A stretch of DNA of 37,588 bases from an uncultured beta proteobacterium (GTDB lineage Bacteria; Pseudomonadota; Gammaproteobacteria; Burkholderiales; SG8-39). The DNA is taken from the NCBI GenBank assembly GCA_903868285.1, contig CAIPUP010000256.1, forward strand, positions 1 through 37,588, in the 5' to 3' direction. A program made the translations under genes and the position numbers. Shown here piece by piece: positions 1-7,415 of this stretch (position 1 is the first letter of the stretch; every line of letters begins with the position of its first letter). The notes under the pieces were generated by a model. The model was not told where the DNA came from, did no database searches, and saw nothing but the letters and a program-made list of their open reading frames with translations.

Positions 1-231
1 ATGGCGGGTTTGGCCTGTGCCTGGCACTTCCGGCATCAGGCCAGGCGGCATTGGCGCGTCGCGTTACTGGCGGTGCTGTGGCCCTTGATGAGCGTTTTGG
101 TGCTGTGGACCGCAGCGGCAATGGCAGCCATGGGTATGGATTGCATTACCCTGGCGATTGGTCTGGGCGGTATTGCGGTTGGGGTCGTGCCGCTGATGCT
201 GTTCCGTGGGCGGCGTTTGCCGCATGACTGA
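1..231 (+). CDS. small hydrophobic protein with two predicted TM helices; possibly the 3' end of an ORF that begins upstream of the window
   Basis: The frame is open from base 1 to the TGA at 229-231. It has two long hydrophobic stretches (LLAVLWPLMSVLVLWTAAAMAAM and LAIGLGGIAVGVVPLMLF). No family recognised. Confidence 0.3.
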   Translation: MAGLACAWHFRHQARRHWRVALLAVLWPLMSVLVLWTAAAMAAMGMDCITLAIGLGGIAVGVVPLMLFRGRRLPHD

Positions 232-240
232 GTTGTTTCG

Positions 241-936
241 TTAGGCCATCCAGCGATCATGAATCTGCTGCCAGCGACCATCGCTGCGCAGTTTCGCCAG
301 CGCCGGGTTCAGGCGCGCCAGCAAATCCGGATGACGGCCCTTGGCCATGGCCAAGGCCACCGGCAGCGGCACGTAGCTCGCGCTGGGCAGGGTGAATTGC
401 CCAGGGAACAGGCGTTTGGCGATGGCGCAGCCGGCATGAAAGTTCAGTGCTGCCAGATCGGCCCGGCCATCAGCCAGCATGGCAAACGCGTTCTCATAGC
501 TATCGCCATCGATCAGATGCAATGCGGGATGCTGACGCGCGAGGTACGACCACATCGGACCCTTGCGCGGACTGACCACGGTCTTGCCATAAAAATCTTC
601 CAGCGCATTGCTGTGTGCGCTATCGCTGCGGGTGAAGATCGCCGCGCCGGTGGTGATCAGCAAATCGGAGAAATCCATGGTCGGCAGACGCTCCGGCGTC
701 ACGCCCTTGAACGCCAGTGCATCCACCGCGCCCGACATCAGCGACGGCTCGGTCTCGGCCAGCGGCATGGTGATAAAGGTGTGGGCGATGCCGGCTTCGC
801 TGCACATCGCTGCCACCAGTTCCACCAGCATGCCGGCGGGCTCGCCATCGCGCAGCAGACCAAACGGTTCGAACGGCACATCGAAGCCGATACGCAGGCT
901 TGGGGATGCGGTGGATGAAAACCCGGGCTGTGTCAT
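241..936 (-). CDS. substrate-binding domain protein (SBP_bac_3 / polar amino-acid binding-protein fold) without an obvious signal peptide
   Basis: 231 aa. A strong SD (AAGGAG) sits upstream of the ATG at 934-936. The overall pattern resembles family-3 solute-binding proteins (RIGFDVPFEPF..., ...DALAFKGVTPER..., ...GRADLAALN...). The N-terminus MTQPGFSSTASPS is not hydrophobic. Confidence 0.6.
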   Translation of the reverse strand: MTQPGFSSTASPSLRIGFDVPFEPFGLLRDGEPAGMLVELVAAMCSEAGIAHTFITMPLAETEPSLMSGAVDALAFKGVTPERLPTMDFSDLLITTGAAIFTRSDSAHSNALEDFYGKTVVSPRKGPMWSYLARQHPALHLIDGDSYENAFAMLADGRADLAALNFHAGCAIAKRLFPGQFTLPSASYVPLPVALAMAKGRHPDLLARLNPALAKLRSDGRWQQIHDRWMA

Positions 937-1057
937 GCGATCTCCTTGGGGGCGAGGGTCGAAGCGAGGTATCGATGCATTATCCTAGGCGGCTGTCCGA
1001 GGGCGCTGACCTATTTTCACGCAGCATCGTTTATTCATTTTCAGGAAAGTTCATCGT

Positions 1058-1627
1058 ATGAGCACTGCATCCCGACCGTTTCATATTCTTGGCATCTGCG
1101 GCAGTCTGCGTCGTCAATCGTTCAATCTGATGGCGCTCAAGGCCGCCGGCGAGCTGATGCCCGAGGGCATGCAGCTCAGCATCGCCAGCATTCGCGATAT
1201 TCCGATGTTTGACGGCGAGCCGCAGGACACACCAGCCAGCGTGAAGCAGTTGCATGCGCAGATGATGGCGGCCGATGGCGTGCTGTTCGCCAGCCCGGAA
1301 TACAACTGGACCATGAGTGGCGCGCTGAAAAACGCCATCGACTGGCTGTCGCGTTGCGAGCCACAACCGTTTGCCGGCAAGGCGGTGGCTATCCTCTCGG
1401 CCACCACCGGTCCGCTGGGGGGCGCGCGCAGCCAGAACGACTTGCGCAAGGTGATGGTGGCGATGGAGGCCTATACCTTTAATCGTCCGGAAGTGTTTAT
1501 CGGCAATGCCCAGGGCAAGTTCGATGCCGAGGGCAAACTCACCGACGAGGCGACGCGCAAGATCCTCACGCAACAGCAGGCGGGCTTTCACAAGCTGCTA
1601 CACACCCTGCGTCAGGGTGCCGCCTAA
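1058..1627 (+). CDS. NAD(P)H-dependent FMN reductase (flavodoxin-like, SsuE/ChrR/YieF type)
   Basis: HILGICGSLRRQSFN N-terminal motif and SPEYNWTMSGALKNAIDWLS motif of the FMN_red family. SD AGGAAA lies upstream of the ATG. Confidence 0.85.
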   Translation: MSTASRPFHILGICGSLRRQSFNLMALKAAGELMPEGMQLSIASIRDIPMFDGEPQDTPASVKQLHAQMMAADGVLFASPEYNWTMSGALKNAIDWLSRCEPQPFAGKAVAILSATTGPLGGARSQNDLRKVMVAMEAYTFNRPEVFIGNAQGKFDAEGKLTDEATRKILTQQQAGFHKLLHTLRQGAA

Positions 1628-1656
1628 AAAGGCAATAAAAACAATAGGTTAAGGGA
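1626..1656 (+). promoter_or_regulatory. degenerate copy D of the AT-rich element (AAAAAGGCAATAAAAACAATAGGTTAAGGGA); the core AACAATAGGTTA has one mismatch to the IHF consensus
   Basis: It fills the 31-nt convergent spacer between the FMN reductase and amidohydrolase stops. 12/16 core positions match copy C. Confidence 0.2.
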
Positions 1657-1658
1657 TT

Positions 1659-2633
1659 CTATAGACGGAGCAGGCGCTCCGCGTTGGCATGCGCAATCTT
1701 GGCGCGGTCGCCATCGCTGATCGACACCTTGTGCAGGAATTCGGTCGCGGTGCGGTTGGCTTCATAAGGCCAGTCGGCCGCGAACAGAATTTTGTCTACG
1801 CCCATGGCCATCATGGTGCAAACCAGCGCCGGCTCGTACCAGTTGCCGCTGGTGGTGACCCAGAGGTTGTCGCGGATGTATTCCAGCGGTGTCTTCTTGA
1901 GCCCGCGCCGCGCGGCGGCACGATAGGTGTGGTCGTTCAGGCGATGCATGGCAAACGGCAGGCACTCGCCCAGATGGCCGAGGATGATTTTGGTGTTGGG
2001 GTAGGCATCCAGCAGGCCGGAGAACATGATGCGCAGGAAGTGGATGCTGGTGTCCACACCAAAGCCCCAGCCGGCACGGGCGAACTCTTCATAGCCGGTG
2101 AAGTAGGCCTTCATGGCGTCGGGCGGTGGCAGGGTCGGATGCAGATAGATCGGTACATCCAGCGCTTCGGCGCGCTCGAAAATCGGCCAGTAACGCTTTT
2201 CGTCGAGAAAGCTGCCACGGGTATGACCGTGAATCATGGTGCCGCAAAAGCCCAGCTTGCGAACACAGCGCTCCAGTTCATCGGCGGCAATTTCCGGCGC
2301 GTCGGTCGGCAACGCAGCAAAGCCGGCATAGCGCGTAGGGTGCTGCTGCACCAGGGCATGCAGCCGGTCGTTGGCGTCGATGGACATCGGCACCGCAACG
2401 TCGGCCTCGAAGGCCTGCGGGCCGGGTGAGCCAAAGGACAGCACCTGCATGCTGATACCGGCGGCATCCATATAGGCCAGGCGCTCGTCGCCAATGTTCA
2501 TGTTCTGGGAATAGATGTCATGCCCGAGCTGCTCGCTGCGCGAGCTGAGATAGAAGTTGCGGTACTCGTTCGCCCCGACCTTGTCGTGGTACATCGGGGT
2601 GATGAAGTGCTCTTCGATGGCGATGGTGCGCAT
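1659..2633 (-). CDS. amidohydrolase_2 family protein (ACMSD/LigW/gamma-resorcylate decarboxylase-like metal-dependent hydrolase or decarboxylase)
   Basis: The N-terminus MRTIAIEEHF is the family E-E-H metal site. ILGHLGE and FAADWPYE motifs are present. I chose the start at the second Met (2633) to match the usual family N-terminus; the track start at 2648 is possible. Confidence 0.85.
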   Translation of the reverse strand: MRTIAIEEHFITPMYHDKVGANEYRNFYLSSRSEQLGHDIYSQNMNIGDERLAYMDAAGISMQVLSFGSPGPQAFEADVAVPMSIDANDRLHALVQQHPTRYAGFAALPTDAPEIAADELERCVRKLGFCGTMIHGHTRGSFLDEKRYWPIFERAEALDVPIYLHPTLPPPDAMKAYFTGYEEFARAGWGFGVDTSIHFLRIMFSGLLDAYPNTKIILGHLGECLPFAMHRLNDHTYRAAARRGLKKTPLEYIRDNLWVTTSGNWYEPALVCTMMAMGVDKILFAADWPYEANRTATEFLHKVSISDGDRAKIAHANAERLLRL

Positions 2634-2675
2634 GGATAGACCCTGCATTGCGTGGACGGGTGCGACAAAAAAATT

Positions 2676-3809
2676 TCAGGCGGCTGCCTTGCGGTCTTCT
2701 GCCGCGTGCATGGTCTCGCCAATGGCCTTGTTAACGCGGGGCATGACTTCGGTGGCCATCAGCTCCAGCGAGCGTCGCGCCAGTCTGGCATCGACCCAGT
2801 CCATGCCGGCATACACCAGCTCGCCGAAATTGCCGGCCGTCTTGCGCAGCGCGAGAATCTTTTCGACCACCTGATCGACCGTGCCATAAATCACCAGATC
2901 GTCCATCACCCGCTCCAGGGTAATGGCGGCATCGTCTTCTTCCGGTTGCCGCTTGAAGATCACCTGACGCTTGCCCAGGAACATCTTGGTGCGCAGCTGG
3001 CTCCAGTAAAAACGATACGGACTGTCGGCGCGATCGATGGCGTAGTGACGCGCGGTCTCGGCATCGTCGGCAACAAAAATGGTGCGCGCCACACGCCAGT
3101 CCGCGGGGTTGGCGACTTGCCCCACCTGTTGCTTGCCTTCGCTGTAATTGGCCCAGTGGCTGGGCAGCCATTCGGCGCGCAGGAAGTTGGCCGACAGCGG
3201 ATGGAAGTCGCGCCGACCCATGGCGATCACGCCCTTGGAAAAGGGTGCGACCACCGTACCGACGATTTCCGGATAGGGCTGCTGATAAGGCTTTTGCATG
3301 ATGCCCTTGCCGATCTCCGGCACGGCGGTGTTGCGGGTGGTGACTTTGAAACGGTTGTCCGGCAGGTCGATGTCATAGGGCACATCGCGCTTCCAGATTT
3401 CCAGAATCACATCGATGGCCTCGGCGAACATCTTGGTCTTGTCTTCATGCAGGATGCCCAGCGACTCCGCATCCGAACTGAGCGATCCGGGACTGATGCC
3501 AAAGATGAAGCGGCCCTTGGCCAGGTGATCGAACATCGCCGCCTGGGCTGCGATCACCGTCGGATGCATATGTGACAGATTGGTTGTGCCGCTGGCCAGC
3601 TTGACGCGCTTGGTGGCATGAATCAGGGTTGCCAGAAAAATCATGCTGTTGGTGACGTTCTCGGCCTTGTCGGTAAGGTGTTCGCCGACAAACGCATCAT
3701 GAAAGCCAAGCTGATCGGCCAGGATGATGGCCTCGCGGTCTTCGTCCAGCGTCTGGGCCGGATGACGATGCAACGGATGCAGGGGCATGGTGAAGTAACC
3801 AAGACGCAT
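2676..3809 (-). CDS. LLM-class (luciferase-like) flavin-dependent oxidoreductase/monooxygenase
   Basis: The typical LLM N-terminus MRLGYFTMPLHP is preceded by AAGGA. About 377 aa with TIM-barrel LLM-like sequence throughout. The 41-aa N-terminal extension in the track ORF (to 3932) lacks an RBS and any homology-like character. Confidence 0.85.
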   Translation of the reverse strand: MRLGYFTMPLHPLHRHPAQTLDEDREAIILADQLGFHDAFVGEHLTDKAENVTNSMIFLATLIHATKRVKLASGTTNLSHMHPTVIAAQAAMFDHLAKGRFIFGISPGSLSSDAESLGILHEDKTKMFAEAIDVILEIWKRDVPYDIDLPDNRFKVTTRNTAVPEIGKGIMQKPYQQPYPEIVGTVVAPFSKGVIAMGRRDFHPLSANFLRAEWLPSHWANYSEGKQQVGQVANPADWRVARTIFVADDAETARHYAIDRADSPYRFYWSQLRTKMFLGKRQVIFKRQPEEDDAAITLERVMDDLVIYGTVDQVVEKILALRKTAGNFGELVYAGMDWVDARLARRSLELMATEVMPRVNKAIGETMHAAEDRKAAA

Positions 3810-3922
3810 GGCGAATCCTTTCTGGCGGGCTTTTGCGAGGGCGTTCCCTCTTCCGGTGAGCGGGCAGTTTACCGTGTCAAACTGCTGCCTTTGCCAGGTT
3901 GGGCCAGATCGGGGAGAAAAGC

Positions 3923-5539
3923 ATGGAAGCATTGTTGCGATTTACATCCTGGGCTGCATCGCTGCTGTTGGCAGTGTTGTGTTGGGCGCTGGCGGTGAGT
4001 CAGGGGTCGCTGTTACTGCAAGGCTTTGCAGTTTTGTTTGGGCTGATGTTCCTGGTGGGCTGCGCCGATGTGATGCAGTCCCATCACGCCATCCTGCGCA
4101 ACTACCCGCTGATCGGTCATTGCCGTTTTTTGCTGGAATACATCCGGCCGGAGATACGCCAGTATTTTCTGGAAGACGATGAAGCCAAGCTGCCGTTCTC
4201 GCGCAATCAGCGTGCCTTGGTGTATGCGCGTGCCAAGGGGCAGAACGACAAGCGTGGCTTCGGCACCATCAAGGCGGTCTACGACAAGGACAGCGAGTGG
4301 CTGAGCCAATCCATGGCACCACGCCATGCCAGTCCCGAGAGTTTTCGCGTCAGCATCGGCGGCCCGCAGTGTCGTGTGCCGTATTCGGCCTCGGTGTTCA
4401 ACATCTCGGCCATGAGTTTCGGTTCGCTCTCGGCCAATGCCATCCGCGCCCTAAATCGTGGCGCCAAGCTCGGTGGCTTTGCGCACGACACCGGTGAGGG
4501 CTCCTTGTCGCCTTATCACCGTGAATTCGGTGGCGACATCATCTGGGAGCTGGGTTCGGGCTACTTTGGTTGCCGCACCCCGCATGGACAGTTCTCGCCG
4601 GAGAACTTCGCCCGTCAGGCCGCCGACCCGCAGGTCAAGATGATCGAAATCAAAGTCTCGCAGGGCGCCAAGCCCGGACATGGCGGCGTGCTGCCAGCGG
4701 CCAAGGTGTCGGCCGAGATCGCCCTCACGCGCGATGTGCCGATGGGCCAGGACTGTGTCTCGCCGGCCGGTCACCCCGAGTTTTCCACGCCCTTGCAACT
4801 GATGGATTTCATCCGTCGCCTGCGTGAACTCAGTCATGGCAAGCCAGTGGGCTTCAAGCTCTGTATCGGTCAGCCCTGGGAATTCTTTGGCGTGGCCAAG
4901 GCCATGTTGCAAACCGGTATCTATCCCGATTTCATCGTGGTCGATGGCAGCGAAGGCGGTACCGGTGCTGCGCCGGTGGAGTTCACCGACCATGTCGGCA
5001 TGCCGCTGCGCGAAGGACTGCGCCTGGTGCACAACACGCTCACCGGCATCGGCCTGCGTCAGCACATCCGACTCGGCGCCTCGGGCAAGATCATCTCGGC
5101 CTTCGACATCGTGCGCGCCATGGCACTGGGCGCCGACTGGTGCAATTCGGCGCGCGGCTTCATGTTTGCCCTGGGCTGCATTCAGTCGCGCTCCTGCCAT
5201 ACCGACTTCTGCCCGACCGGCGTTGCCACGCAGGACAAGCTGCGTCAGCGCGCCCTGGTGGTGCCGGACAAAGCGCAACGGGTGCAGCAGTTCCACCGCA
5301 ACACGGTGGAGTCGCTGGCCGAGTTGATCGGTGCTGCCGGCCTGACCCACCCGGGGCAGGTGCGCCCGGAGCTATTGATGATGCGCGACGCCACCGGCCA
5401 GGCGGTACCGATGTCGCGCCAGCTGCCGACGCTGGCCGAAGGCGTGTTGCTGAACGACGTGGGCAATAGCGACCAATGGCCCGAACCGTTTCGTAGTTAT
5501 TGGCAGCGTAGCCGGGTGGAGGCGTTCGGGTTGGCTTGA
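3923..5539 (+). CDS. FMN-binding glutamate synthase family protein (GltB FMN-domain homologue, membrane anchored)
   Basis: Motifs ISAMSFGSLS, KVSQGAKPGHGGVLP, VVDGSEGGTGAAP and ALGADWCNSARGFMFALGC. Two hydrophobic N-terminal helices. ATG at 3923 with GGGGAG upstream; the track start at 3899 is a TTG. Confidence 0.85.
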   Translation: MEALLRFTSWAASLLLAVLCWALAVSQGSLLLQGFAVLFGLMFLVGCADVMQSHHAILRNYPLIGHCRFLLEYIRPEIRQYFLEDDEAKLPFSRNQRALVYARAKGQNDKRGFGTIKAVYDKDSEWLSQSMAPRHASPESFRVSIGGPQCRVPYSASVFNISAMSFGSLSANAIRALNRGAKLGGFAHDTGEGSLSPYHREFGGDIIWELGSGYFGCRTPHGQFSPENFARQAADPQVKMIEIKVSQGAKPGHGGVLPAAKVSAEIALTRDVPMGQDCVSPAGHPEFSTPLQLMDFIRRLRELSHGKPVGFKLCIGQPWEFFGVAKAMLQTGIYPDFIVVDGSEGGTGAAPVEFTDHVGMPLREGLRLVHNTLTGIGLRQHIRLGASGKIISAFDIVRAMALGADWCNSARGFMFALGCIQSRSCHTDFCPTGVATQDKLRQRALVVPDKAQRVQQFHRNTVESLAELIGAAGLTHPGQVRPELLMMRDATGQAVPMSRQLPTLAEGVLLNDVGNSDQWPEPFRSYWQRSRVEAFGLA

Positions 5540-5604
5540 TTGAATCGCCCAAGCCTGTGGTTTCTCCAGTGTGGGCGATAATTACTTTTTTGAGGAGCGT
5601 CGCT

Positions 5605-5808
5605 ATGCGCATGACTGCTGTGCTGACCCCGGCCGAGGAGGGTGGTTACGTTGCCCTGAACCCGGAGACAGGCACCACGACGCAGGGGGATACCCTGCAG
5701 GAGGCACTGAGCAATCTCAAAGAGGCCACCAGTCTGTATCTGTCGGAATTCCCTGTTCAGGTCAATTCGCATCCGGTTGTGACCAGCTTCGACGTGGCGC
5801 ATGCCTAA
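5605..5808 (+). CDS. hicB: type II antitoxin, short HicB family (UPF0150-like, no DNA-binding domain)
   Basis: 67 aa, MRMTAVLTPAEEGGYVALNPETGTTTQGDTLQEALSNLKEATSLYL, which is the typical short HicB fold sequence. GAGGAG RBS at 5592-5597. The stop overlaps the hicA start by 8 nt. Confidence 0.8.
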   Translation: MRMTAVLTPAEEGGYVALNPETGTTTQGDTLQEALSNLKEATSLYLSEFPVQVNSHPVVTSFDVAHA

Positions 5809-6016
5809 GTTTCCGGGGCTGTCGGGCGCGGATGTTGTGCGTGCCTTGCGACGGCTCGGCTTTGTCCAAATTCGTCAATCGGGCAGTCACATATTGATGC
5901 GCAGGGCCGAGCGGGGTTGCGTGGTGCCCAATCATCGTGAGCTCAAGCTTGGAACGGTCAACGGCATCCTAAGGCAAGCAGGTGTCTCGCCTGATGAATT
6001 TGCCAGCGTGCTATGA
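5801..6016 (+). CDS. hicA: type II toxin HicA (mRNA interferase, YcfA-like)
   Basis: 71 aa, with GADVVRALRRLGF..RQSGSHILM containing the conserved G-S-H. Genetically coupled to hicB (ATG inside the hicB 3' end). Confidence 0.85.
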   Translation: MPKFPGLSGADVVRALRRLGFVQIRQSGSHILMRRAERGCVVPNHRELKLGTVNGILRQAGVSPDEFASVL

Positions 6017-6105
6017 GACGTGCAATGTCAGTGGCGCTGTTGTTATGGCTTGGTCCAGGGTGAGTTGAAGCCCGTGCGTCATTGCAGCAAATGATCGGAG
6101 TTCAC

Positions 6106-6591
6106 ATGTTCGACATGAGTCTGCCGTGGTGGGAGTTTGTGCTGCGTGGTGCGGTGGTCTATTTGTTTCTGATGGTGATGCTGCGCTTTACCGGCAAGCG
6201 CCAGACCGGACAGCTGGCACCGTTCGATCTCATTCTGTTGCTGATCCTCAGCAATGCCTTGCAGAACGCCATGAACGGCGGCGATAACAGCCTGGTCGGC
6301 GGCCTGATTTCGGCCCTCACCCTGATTGGCCTGAACTACGCCGTGGGTTGGTTGGTGTTCAACAGCAAATGGGTCGAGGCGCTCGTAGAGGGAAAGCCTA
6401 AGTTATTGATTCATAACGGAATTGTGAACGAGCAGGCGATACGCAGCGAACTGCTTACGCATCACGAGCTGTCGGCGGCCCTGCGCGCTGCCGGTTGCGC
6501 CGACATCGATCATGTGCGCAGCGCCACGCTCGAGAACAACGGTCAGATCACGGTGTCGCTGCGCCCGGTGCCGGCGCGCGAGCCAAGCTAG
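6106..6591 (+). CDS. DUF421 (YetF-like) membrane protein
   Basis: N-terminal TM helices, the GKRQTGQLAPFDLILLLILSNA motif and a C-terminal soluble domain typical of DUF421. ATG at 6106 with GGAG upstream. Confidence 0.8.
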   Translation: MFDMSLPWWEFVLRGAVVYLFLMVMLRFTGKRQTGQLAPFDLILLLILSNALQNAMNGGDNSLVGGLISALTLIGLNYAVGWLVFNSKWVEALVEGKPKLLIHNGIVNEQAIRSELLTHHELSAALRAAGCADIDHVRSATLENNGQITVSLRPVPAREPS

Positions 6592-7415
6592 CCCTGCATC
6601 GGCAGCGCCGCGAACGGTGCTGCTGATGCGATGAACGACGGATTCAGCACATCGGCCTTGCCATAGCGCAGTGGCGAGCCGTAGACATCGAAGACATGGC
6701 CACCGGCGCCTTCGAGCACCGCTTGCGCGGCAGCGGTATCCCATTCGCAGGTCGGCGCCAGACGCGGATAGATGTCGGCGTTGCCCTCGGCCACGCGACA
6801 GAATTTCAGTGAACTGCCGGCCTGCACCAGATCGGTGTTGGAAAAGCGCGCAATGAATTCACGCGTTTCCGCATTCAGATGGCTCTTGCTGGCGACCACC
6901 CGTACCGTGTCGCGTTGCGGATGCTTGAGCGAAACATGCAGCGCGCGGATGCCGCTGGGGCGCTTGCGAAAAGCGCCGAAATGCCGGCCGCCCCAGTACA
7001 TTTCGTCGAGCGCCGGTGCATACACCACACCGAATTGCGGCGTACCGGCGCAGATCAGGGCGATGTTCACAGTGAACTCGCCATTGAAGGCCAGAAACTC
7101 CTTGGTGCCATCCAGCGGATCGATGAGCCAGAAGCAGCCATCACTCTCGCGGTAGTGGCCGGGCTCATCCTCCTCGGACACGACCGGAATATGCGGTGTC
7201 AGCCATTGCAAGCCCTCGCAGATCATGTCGTGCGCCGCCAGATCGGCCAGGGTCAGCGGGCTGTCATCGGCTTTGTTGTCCAGTTGGGCCGATCGACCGC
7301 CATCGCCGTCATGACGCGCGCCGTCATAGATCTCCAGGATGGCATCGCCAGCGCGTACCGCCAGTTCCATCAGGCGTGGCTGCAAATTCTGCAAATCGTG
7401 TTTGGTCAGGCTCAT
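6588..7415 (-). CDS. cysQ: 3'(2'),5'-bisphosphate nucleotidase (PAP phosphatase)
   Basis: Inositol-monophosphatase family motifs VSEED and WLIDPLDGTKEF, with the CysQ-like C-terminus. The start overlaps the cysNC stop (ATGA). Confidence 0.85.
   Translation of the reverse strand: MSLTKHDLQNLQPRLMELAVRAGDAILEIYDGARHDGDGGRSAQLDNKADDSPLTLADLAAHDMICEGLQWLTPHIPVVSEEDEPGHYRESDGCFWLIDPLDGTKEFLAFNGEFTVNIALICAGTPQFGVVYAPALDEMYWGGRHFGAFRKRPSGIRALHVSLKHPQRDTVRVVASKSHLNAETREFIARFSNTDLVQAGSSLKFCRVAEGNADIYPRLAPTCEWDTAAAQAVLEGAGGHVFDVYGSPLRYGKADVLNPSFIASAAPFAALPMQG

Noticed and set aside
5540-6105. hicBA as part of a mobile genomic island
   Set aside because: There is no integrase, transposase or tRNA, and I could find no flanking direct repeats. 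The insertion is limited to the two genes.
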